A DNA stretch of 15,798 nt from Nitrospirota bacterium. Lineage in GTDB: Bacteria; Nitrospirota; Thermodesulfovibrionia; Thermodesulfovibrionales; Dissulfurispiraceae. Made by a program: the position numbers and the translations under genes. Shown here piece after piece: positions 1 through 6,926 of the stretch (within the stretch, counting starts at the first letter, position 1; each line of letters starts with the position of its first letter). Location: NCBI GenBank assembly GCA_040758355.1, contig JBFLWF010000043.1:1-15798 (forward strand), in the 5' to 3' direction. The notes under the pieces were generated by a model. It was not told the DNA's origin. It worked only from the letters and a program-made list of their open reading frames with translations, and ran no database searches.

Positions 1-55
1 CGGACTTGAAGCCGCGTTGTTTGAGGTTATTATGTGCTGTAGTTGCGGTTTGCAT
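1..55 (-). CDS. Possible 5' start of a gene running off the window (MQTATTAHNNLKQRGFKS...)
   Basis: ATG at 55 with an open frame to the edge and a weak SD. Too short to identify. Confidence 0.25.
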   Translation of the reverse strand, partial: MQTATTAHNNLKQRGFKS

Positions 56-225
56 TGCCTTGTTGTCTGATTTGCCCAGTTTGTTAACTCCTTGTCAAAA
101 ACTATTCGCTGTTATTGAACAGCCTTCATATGATTTAAAGTCTATCTAAATCAGAATAACAAAAACCGTTCCGACAAAAAATGATTTAAATCATGTTTAT
201 CCAAAATCTTTAATCTGATGGAATA

Positions 226-1251
226 TTAGTATCCTTCCAGCTTGAAATCGGAAAATACAATCCTGTATGTCACGACTGCCGTGAATAAAAAATATAAGAC
301 CAACGATATTATGGCAAACCTTCGCTGGACGGAAGGAAGGATTTCCGATAAGCTCTGGATGTTCCTGAACGGCATTACCACGCCGACACCCATGCCCAGA
401 ACAGAGCCGCCTAAAATTGTTATATAGAGCAAATAGCCGATGTATCCGTATTCCCTCTGGAGTATACAGAACGGGCAGTGGTGCGTCGGCAGCTCATAGA
501 AATAAAGGGAAATGAATGATATGAGCGATATAATCGATATGATGAATGTAACAGCACTTGCCAGAGAAAAAACATACCCGGTTAATTTCGAATTTCGAAT
601 TTCGAATTTCGAATTTTTAAGGAAACATATCCCTGATACAAACATGAAGGCCATGCCGAGATAAAACGCTATCTTCATCGGGATGCTCGGAAGTGCAGCG
701 ATCTCTGATGTAATGCCCCTTGTATCGGTACTGAAAAGGCTCCCGCAGCATGAGGTAATAACATCCGCCTTAAGCCTCAGGAGATAATTGGACTGAATTA
801 TCATCTCGGCTGTTACAAACAGTGCAATGACAAGAAGAAAGACGTATTTCTTCTTTATGAGCGGATAGTCGTATGCCCTGTTGTCTGTATAATTGAGAAT
901 AAGCCAGAGACCTGCAAGCAGAAAATTAACAACCTTCAGGATAAGCGTTGGATAGCCATAGTCATTCACATTGAGGGTGCCTGCTGCACACATTGCACCG
1001 ACAAAGAGCGAGTGTAGATTATCGGCAGTGTATATATACAGGAAAAGGGAGATGAGCTGAAAACCGAGGACATAGGCCAGGATGGTCGAAATGAGATACG
1101 TCCTTCTTTCGAGGTTTAACTGCAGTTCGCTGCCGCTTTTAATATCCCATTTTCTTACTATCCGAAGCCCAAAATACGAAGAGTAGAGAATTAGAAAAGT
1201 GATAAGGAATGACGACAAAAGAAGTGCGATTATTGCAGGATGGAATATCAT
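226..1251 (-). CDS. Polytopic (~8 TM) membrane protein of unknown function with Cys/His motifs (GAMCAAG, TSCCG, HHCPFC)
   Basis: 341-aa ORF with about 8 hydrophobic segments. Starts 10 nt after the stop of the upstream ABC ATPase, as the last gene of the NosL/ABC cassette. Confidence 0.85.
   Translation of the reverse strand: MIFHPAIIALLLSSFLITFLILYSSYFGLRIVRKWDIKSGSELQLNLERRTYLISTILAYVLGFQLISLFLYIYTADNLHSLFVGAMCAAGTLNVNDYGYPTLILKVVNFLLAGLWLILNYTDNRAYDYPLIKKKYVFLLVIALFVTAEMIIQSNYLLRLKADVITSCCGSLFSTDTRGITSEIAALPSIPMKIAFYLGMAFMFVSGICFLKNSKFEIRNSKLTGYVFSLASAVTFIISIISLISFISLYFYELPTHHCPFCILQREYGYIGYLLYITILGGSVLGMGVGVVMPFRNIQSLSEILPSVQRRFAIISLVLYFLFTAVVTYRIVFSDFKLEGY
584..616. repeat. Heptamer tandem repeat (AATTTCG)x4 plus partial copy inside the membrane protein gene
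   Basis: Four perfect AATTTCG units at 584-611, then AATTT. Encodes NSKFEIRNSK on the minus strand. Confidence 0.95.
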
Positions 1252-1261
1252 AAAATTTTAT

Positions 1262-1933
1262 TCATTCTGCTACCATGCCGTCTCTAATATTAATAATCCT
1301 GTCCACAACATTAGATTCGCAGACAAGAGGGTCATGGCTTGCTATAAGGATGGTCTTTCCTTCTCCTTTGAGCCTGCCGATTATATCCATGAACTCATGG
1401 GATAGTTTTGTATCGAGGTGGGCAGTTGGCTCATCTGCAATTATAACCGATGGGTTGTTAATCAAAGCCCTCGCTATTGCTATTCTCTGTGTCTCGCCTC
1501 CCGAGAGCCATTCAACCTTTGATAATGCCTTGTTCGAGATATTAAACATGTCGAGAGTCTCCAACGCCCTTTTCTTTAAAGGATAATATGTCTCACCCAT
1601 CGGATATGCAGGCAGCATGACATTCTCCAGTGCAGTTATGCCTTTAATGAGATTGAACTGCTGGAAGATAAACCCGAATGTCTTCCGTCTTATTCCTGTG
1701 AGGAACCGCTCCGGCAGGCTTGTGACTTCCCTGTCCACAAGCATAATCCTGCCGGATGTAGGTCTTGTCATGCAGCCGATGATGCTTAAAAGCGTGGTCT
1801 TTCCCGAACCGCTCGGTCCTTTGAATACCGTAACCTTATTTGCTTCTATGGAAAGGCTCACGCCGTTGACCGCAGTAAATTCATTGGGCTTTTCTGCATT
1901 AAATGTCTTTTTTATGTTTATAAGCTCTATCAT
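1262..1933 (-). CDS. ABC transporter ATP-binding protein, LolD/MacB-like
   Basis: Walker A GPSGSGKTT, GFIFQQFNL Q-loop, LSGGE signature, IIADEPT Walker B, SHD switch. Start moved from 1972 to the ATG at 1933 (MIELINIKK), which overlaps the permease stop as ATGA. Confidence 0.93.
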   Translation of the reverse strand: MIELINIKKTFNAEKPNEFTAVNGVSLSIEANKVTVFKGPSGSGKTTLLSIIGCMTRPTSGRIMLVDREVTSLPERFLTGIRRKTFGFIFQQFNLIKGITALENVMLPAYPMGETYYPLKKRALETLDMFNISNKALSKVEWLSGGETQRIAIARALINNPSVIIADEPTAHLDTKLSHEFMDIIGRLKGEGKTILIASHDPLVCESNVVDRIINIRDGMVAE

Positions 1934-3060
1934 CTCATTACAGAATCCGGATCGATTGTCGCTGCCCTCCACGAGGGGATAATGGTCGCTACTGTATAAG
2001 GGACAACAGTAAGAAAGAATAATGTCGAGACCTGATAGGGGTCAATAAACGGAGTCAGCTTAAACTCCGGATAAAGCACAGACCATCCCTTAAGTACAGG
2101 CTCAAAAAGAGAAGATGATGCAAAGAACACATGGAAATACGCAAGGATTATACCCGCAATAAACGATGTTACGGACACCACCGCGCCTTCCCAGAACTTC
2201 ATGAGTATCACATCCGATGTTTCCCATCCGATTGCCTTTAAAATACCGATCTCCCTTTTTTCCTCTGCGCTCAAACCCGATGCCTTATCCCATGCAAACA
2301 CGATAAATGCCATCACAGCGCCAGACATGATTACGATTACAATGCCGCCGCGCCAGTTAAAGACAGTGTCATATGTCCTCAATATCTCGTTTTTAGTGAT
2401 GACCCTTGTATCTGGATATATCTCCGTTATCTTCCTCGTAATGGTGTTTACCTCTCTCTGGTTTCTAACTTTGACAGTTAAATCCGTAGCATATTCCTTT
2501 GATATTCCGAAGAGCCTTCTGAAATCCTTCTCTGCAAGCAATATAAGATCGGATGATATAAGCTCCGATTCCGGAGAAAGCACTTCTCTTATCTTGAAAT
2601 TAACCAGAGCGCCGTCATATGCCATAAACGGCATTATGTCTCCTTCATAGGCAAGGCGGCTCCTCGAAATGCCTTTGCCGATGGCAATATCTCCCTGTCC
2701 GTATTGAAAGTCATCGGGAACAATCAAGGTATAATTTGCACCGGCTATGGGGTCGAAATAATATCCCCAGAGCCTTCCCTTTATCGAACCTATACCCCTT
2801 ATGCCTTTAATCTTATCGATATATCTGATTGGAATCAGGTCATGTCTTCCTGCAACAACCCTCTGCACCGTCATCTCCGGTGCATCCTTCAAAATAATGG
2901 ATGCCTCTTTTTTTATTGCATGGGTAAAAAACATAACGGATGATAGAACGAATACTATGAGGGTATAAACGAGGAACAGGGCAATATTCTTCCCCTTCCT
3001 CCTTAAAAGGGAAGACAGGGTGAAGTCTATTAAATTCCTATGTTTATCGATCCATTTCAT
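1930..3060 (-). CDS. FtsX/MacB/LolE-like ABC permease
   Basis: N-terminal TM, large extracytoplasmic domain, then EKREIGILKAIGW and C-terminal PSWRAATIDP motifs typical of the FtsX-like permease family. Confidence 0.9.
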   Translation of the reverse strand: MKWIDKHRNLIDFTLSSLLRRKGKNIALFLVYTLIVFVLSSVMFFTHAIKKEASIILKDAPEMTVQRVVAGRHDLIPIRYIDKIKGIRGIGSIKGRLWGYYFDPIAGANYTLIVPDDFQYGQGDIAIGKGISRSRLAYEGDIMPFMAYDGALVNFKIREVLSPESELISSDLILLAEKDFRRLFGISKEYATDLTVKVRNQREVNTITRKITEIYPDTRVITKNEILRTYDTVFNWRGGIVIVIMSGAVMAFIVFAWDKASGLSAEEKREIGILKAIGWETSDVILMKFWEGAVVSVTSFIAGIILAYFHVFFASSSLFEPVLKGWSVLYPEFKLTPFIDPYQVSTLFFLTVVPYTVATIIPSWRAATIDPDSVMR

Positions 3061-3111
3061 AGTTTTTACTTATTCTAATGTTAAATGTTAAAAATATCCT
3101 ATAAAATCGCC

Positions 3112-3426
3112 TTACTTCTCCCCCCTCACTTTTATATTTTTATATATATGATCAGAAGGCATGACAATAGAGCCTGACGGGAAATGTTCAAAAGATAACG
3201 GGCTGTCCTGAAAAGGTGTGTTTAAATCGGCCTGGGATAAATGCCTCGTATATCTCGCCTCTGTAAAAAGGGCAAGGTCTGTAAGCTCAAGCCTCCTTAC
3301 CAATTCAGCCTTTTCGGCAAGAACAAATCTGTTCCTAACCTTTGTATACGAAGCATGAATAAAGAGGAGGCACATTATAACCAGATTTATGCCCAAATAG
3401 ATAAAAAATATACCGGACTTTCTCAT
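3112..3426 (-). CDS. Small membrane-anchored hypothetical protein (104 aa)
   Basis: Single N-terminal hydrophobic segment, then LTDLALFTEARYTRH...PFQDSPLSFEHFPSGS. Co-oriented, starting 18 nt after the upstream NosL-like gene. Confidence 0.75.
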   Translation of the reverse strand: MRKSGIFFIYLGINLVIMCLLFIHASYTKVRNRFVLAEKAELVRRLELTDLALFTEARYTRHLSQADLNTPFQDSPLSFEHFPSGSIVMPSDHIYKNIKVRGEK

Positions 3427-3444
3427 CTGCTATTGGCTCACCAG

Positions 3445-3951
3445 CTATTCAAGTGTGTGCAAGACCTCCTGGGTTATATCCTTAAACCTCAGAATCTTTT
3501 TCCCTTTATGGTCCTTCATAAATCCCCTGGCGTCTTCTTCCTTTTCAAAAGGGATTGGCTCTTTGCCCATTGGCCCGTACACATCGCTTCCTACAACATA
3601 ATACGCCTTGTATCCGTCTATCAGCGTTAAATTATAGTAATCGGTCGCATATATGGAATCAATATCGGATTGATTCTTTGAAGGGTTATACTTTGCCATA
3701 TTAAAGTAATATTTGAACATGTCCTTTGCGCCGTCAAAAAAGGCATAAGAGCCGTCCCTGAATACTATCTCTGCGACCCAGTCAGGATATTTTGTCACAA
3801 ACATCCCGCAGACAGGGCATTTGTCCTTGGGAGAAGGCTTTACAGGCTTTTTCTCTCCGGCGTATGCGTAAAAGCAAGAAGTGAGAAGTGAGAAGTGAGA
3901 AGTAACAAAAAACAAGATAATAATTGTAAAAATTAAATTTTTAACTCTCAA
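3445..3951 (-). CDS. nosL: NosL-family periplasmic metal-binding protein (copy 1)
   Basis: Signal peptide, CPVCGM, FFDGAKDM, AYYVVGSDVYGPMG and PF...A..F...H.GK motifs of the NosL family. TTG start with GAGGAG 7 nt upstream. The symbol denotes the family, not a proven role in N2O reductase maturation. Confidence 0.88.
   Translation of the reverse strand: MRVKNLIFTIIILFFVTSHFSLLTSCFYAYAGEKKPVKPSPKDKCPVCGMFVTKYPDWVAEIVFRDGSYAFFDGAKDMFKYYFNMAKYNPSKNQSDIDSIYATDYYNLTLIDGYKAYYVVGSDVYGPMGKEPIPFEKEEDARGFMKDHKGKKILRFKDITQEVLHTLE
3877..3903. repeat. Heptamer tandem repeat (AGAAGTG)x3 plus 6/7 copy in the NosL-1 signal peptide coding region
   Basis: agaagtg agaagtg agaagtg agaagt at 3877-3903. Encodes TSHFSLLTS. 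Confidence 0.95.
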
Positions 3952-3976
3952 CTCCTAACTCCTCACTCTTAACTGT
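3942..3976. repeat. Degenerate heptamer array (5 units, consensus TAACTCY) overlapping the SD and start codon of NosL-1
   Basis: taactct caactcc taactcc tcactct taactgt. The minus strand reads ACAGTTA AGAGTGA GGAGTTA GGAGTTG AGAGTTA. Confidence 0.8.
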
Positions 3977-3979
3977 ATT

Positions 3980-4498
3980 TTAGTGCTTATGCTCCATCGT
4001 TTTTTTCTGTTTCATCATCTTCCTTTTTTCCCTTATCATCTTTGTATCATGATACATGTCCTCGTATGCAGCCTTCATTGCATCATCAAATGTTGCGAGA
4101 TTGCCGCCGTTTTCCTTAATAAACTTCTCTGCATCATCCTTTTTCTCGAATGCCCACTTTGCCCTTTTCGTCATTACGCCTGTTTTGTTTCCTCCAATTA
4201 CCCATGAGGCCTTTTCAGCGTCAATGGGCTTCTTTGTGTTGTAGTCTCCAACCATAACTGCCTTTGGCGTCTTATCGATGTTTAAGGCAAGGTCAATGGC
4301 TGCACAGTGGATGCTGCATGTCCCTTCTGTTGTCCCGTCATCGTATTCGATATACACTCTGCTGTGCCCGAATTTCTCCCTGTCCATGCCGCAGTACTTG
4401 CATGACGGATGCTTTTTAATGTCATCCTGCGCAAAGGCAGCTACGCTCAATAAAAGACATAATACCAGAATAACTGCAAAAACAATGCTCCTTTTCAT
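3980..4498 (-). CDS. nosL: NosL-family periplasmic metal-binding protein (copy 2; CxxCGM plus CSxHC)
   Basis: Sec signal ending AFA-Q, CKYCGM, CSIHC, DY....IDA..A.WV.G...GVM....AF....DA..F....GG pattern, Met/His-rich tail. AGGAGG SD upstream. Confidence 0.85.
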   Translation of the reverse strand: MKRSIVFAVILVLCLLLSVAAFAQDDIKKHPSCKYCGMDREKFGHSRVYIEYDDGTTEGTCSIHCAAIDLALNIDKTPKAVMVGDYNTKKPIDAEKASWVIGGNKTGVMTKRAKWAFEKKDDAEKFIKENGGNLATFDDAMKAAYEDMYHDTKMIREKRKMMKQKKTMEHKH

Positions 4499-4556
4499 AC
4501 CTTCCTCCTAATATTTTTTTATCCGCGCCACTTACCACCCCCTATTTCCCTGCCTA

Positions 4557-4565
4557 ATTATATCA
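4557..4565 (-). promoter_or_regulatory. Putative extended -10 promoter (TGATATAAT) for the NosL/ABC cassette
   Basis: The minus strand reads TG-A-TATAAT in the 78-bp intergenic region, about 60 nt upstream of the NosL-2 ATG. Confidence 0.6.
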
Positions 4566-4576
4566 TATAGTCTAAC

Positions 4577-5683
4577 TCATCCAATCCTCTTTCTGAACCT
4601 GAGCGAGCTTAGAGTCATGACAATTATACCAAGCAAAAGCAGCGACAACATCTGCGGCCATAGAATAGCAATGCCATTGCCCTTCAAAAATATGCCCCTT
4701 ATTATCACGAGGAAGTATCTGAGGGGGTTTATGTAAGTTCCATACTGGATTATCTCCGGCATATTCTCTATCGGAAACATAAAACCAGATAGCAAAACAG
4801 CAGGTATATAAAAAAGGAATGTTGCCATCATTGCCTGCTGCTGGGTTCTTGATATGGTGGATATGAAAAGACCTATGCCCAACACTGACAGGAGATAGAT
4901 CGCTGTAGCTAAAGGCATCAGTTGAATAGGGCCTTTTATTGGAATATTGAACCAGAACACGCCCACCATTGTCACAAGGAATACATCGAAGAAACCTATG
5001 ATGGCAAAGGGAATGGTCTTGCCGAGCATCAATTCTATGGGCTTTAATGGTGTGACCATGAGCTGCTCCATGGTGCCTATCTCCCTTTCCCGGACAACTG
5101 CCATCGATGTAAGCAAGAGGCAGGTGAGCATTATCACTATGGCAATAACTCCCGGCACATTGTAATTCCTGCTCCTCAAATCCGGGTTATACCATGCCCT
5201 TGTGCGCAGATCGATCTTTACAGGCTCAATCTTTTGCGCTCCCATGTCCTTTGTATATTTCATGATGATCCTGTTTGCATAATCCATGGCAACCGTTGCA
5301 GTATTGGAGTCAGTCCCGTCAACGAGTATCTGCACTTCTGTCTGCCTTTTATTCTTTAAATCCGATGAAAAACCCCTGTTTATCTGAATAGCAGCGGTTA
5401 TCCTTCCCCTGTCAAGCAGTTCCTGCATCTCGTCAGGAGAGTCGGCAAAGTACCCGATATTGAAATATCCTGATGACTCCAGCCTTCTCATGAGTTCCCT
5501 GCTCTCGTACGATTTATCGAGGTCGTATATTGCAGTTGAGATGTTGTTCACATCCGTTGTAACTGCATAGCCAAAGGCGAGCAACTGCATTACAGGGGTG
5601 AAAAAGACAATGGCGATCATCCTCCTGTCCCTGAAGACCTGGATGAATTCCTTTATTATCATCTGCTTTATGCGCTCAAACAT
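4577..5683 (-). CDS. ABC-2 type permease, YbhR-like
   Basis: KEFIQVFRD N-terminus, VDGTDSN, WYNPDL, REREIGTMEQLMVTP and LLSGFMFPIENMP motifs. Confidence 0.93.
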   Translation of the reverse strand: MFERIKQMIIKEFIQVFRDRRMIAIVFFTPVMQLLAFGYAVTTDVNNISTAIYDLDKSYESRELMRRLESSGYFNIGYFADSPDEMQELLDRGRITAAIQINRGFSSDLKNKRQTEVQILVDGTDSNTATVAMDYANRIIMKYTKDMGAQKIEPVKIDLRTRAWYNPDLRSRNYNVPGVIAIVIMLTCLLLTSMAVVREREIGTMEQLMVTPLKPIELMLGKTIPFAIIGFFDVFLVTMVGVFWFNIPIKGPIQLMPLATAIYLLSVLGIGLFISTISRTQQQAMMATFLFYIPAVLLSGFMFPIENMPEIIQYGTYINPLRYFLVIIRGIFLKGNGIAILWPQMLSLLLLGIIVMTLSSLRFRKRIG

Positions 5684-5685
5684 TT

Positions 5686-6795
5686 TTAAATAATCCTCTT
5701 TTTGAATTTTTTATTTGCAAGCGCAAACACCATCAAACCAAAAAATGTTAAAAGGATCGTCTCAAAGATTAGAAATTTAAAAGTATTCCCTTTAAGAAAT
5801 ATTCCTTTCAGTATCGATACGAAGTACCTTGCAGGTATGATGTGAGTTATCATTTGCAAAGGCTTCGGCATATTGGCTATAGCATACATAAATCCCGAGA
5901 GGAGAAACGCTGGGAGGAATGTAACAACCATTGAAATCTGGCTTGCAACAAGCTGTGATTTTGCGGCAATGGATATGAGTATTCCGAGGCTGAGGCCTCC
6001 AAATAAAAATATGGATGAAAGCACAGCGAGTAGAAGGAGGTTCCCCTGCAAGGGAACTTCAAATACAAAAACAGCCATTATGACAGACAGTGCAACATCG
6101 ACAAATCCGATAAAGAAATAAGGCAGCAGTTTTCCTATGATAAGTTCCGGCGTCTTTACAGGAGTTGATATCAACTGCTCCATAGTCCCCCTCTCCCACT
6201 CCCTCGCAATGGTTAATGATGTAAGGAGTGCTGCAATCACTGCCATTATCACTGCAATGAGTCCTGGAATTATGTAATTTCTCGATTTCAGTTCAGGGTT
6301 ATACCATACACGCACACGGGGGTCTATGAGAGGGGTTATCCTGCCCCCCTTTATCCTCTGCGAATACAGCTCTGATATTGCTGTTATATATCCGAGTGCT
6401 ATGGTTGCTGTGTTTGAATCGCTTCCATCAACAATTACCTGAAGCTCGGCATTTTTTCCTGTCTTTATGTTTTTCGAGAAGTCATTTGGTATCCAGACTG
6501 CAACCTGTGCTTTCCCGGAATCAAGGTATTTATCAATGTCTCTGTGGTCATCTGCATTGGCAACAACCGTAAAATAGTTAGATTCCCTGAACTCGGCAAC
6601 AAGCTCCCTGCTCAGGCTGCTTCTGTCCTGATCATAGACAACAGTTCTGAGATTGTTCACATCGAGTGTTATTGCATATCCAAAGATAAATAGGAGTATC
6701 ACAGGCATCATGAATGCCATTGCAAGGCTTAGTGGGTCTCGCCATATTTGAATTATCTCCTTCCTGGCTACTGCCTTTATCCTCAAAAATTTCAT
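5686..6795 (-). CDS. ABC-2 type permease, YbhS-like
   Basis: RKEIIQIWRDP, VDGSDSN, WYNPEL and AREWERGTMEQLISTP motifs. Paralogue of the adjacent permease. Confidence 0.93.
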   Translation of the reverse strand: MKFLRIKAVARKEIIQIWRDPLSLAMAFMMPVILLFIFGYAITLDVNNLRTVVYDQDRSSLSRELVAEFRESNYFTVVANADDHRDIDKYLDSGKAQVAVWIPNDFSKNIKTGKNAELQVIVDGSDSNTATIALGYITAISELYSQRIKGGRITPLIDPRVRVWYNPELKSRNYIIPGLIAVIMAVIAALLTSLTIAREWERGTMEQLISTPVKTPELIIGKLLPYFFIGFVDVALSVIMAVFVFEVPLQGNLLLLAVLSSIFLFGGLSLGILISIAAKSQLVASQISMVVTFLPAFLLSGFMYAIANMPKPLQMITHIIPARYFVSILKGIFLKGNTFKFLIFETILLTFFGLMVFALANKKFKKRII

Positions 6796-6815
6796 CTGAA
6801 AAATACCTCTAATCC

Positions 6816-6881
6816 GTCATTCCCGTGTAAACGGGAATCCAGTTCTTTAGTCCTCTGGATTCCTGCTTTCGCAGGAATGAC
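6816..6881. repeat. Inverted dimer of a CGTC/GTCATTCC-type palindromic REP-like element
   Basis: Unit 1 is GTCATTCCCGTGTAAACGGGAATCCAG (6816-6842). Unit 2 on the opposite strand is GTCATTCCTGCGAAAGCAGGAATCCAG (6881-6855). Each contains an ATTCC-N10-GGAAT hairpin with an 8-bp stem and 4-nt loop. Confidence 0.88.
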
Positions 6882-6926
6882 ATTTTCATTTCCCTTTGTA
6901 TCTTTGTAAAACATGTGGGTTTCATA

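Noticed and set aside
226..4498. Calling this a nitrous oxide reductase (nos) cluster or a LolCDE lipoprotein-sorting locus
   Set aside because: No nosZ, nosD, nosR or NosY-type permease in the cassette. There is only one short permease and no housekeeping lol context. nosZ elsewhere in the genome cannot be excluded.
584..6881. CRISPR array interpretation of the repeats
   Set aside because: The repeats are 7-bp tandem units or a single inverted dimer, without unique spacers, and no cas genes are present.
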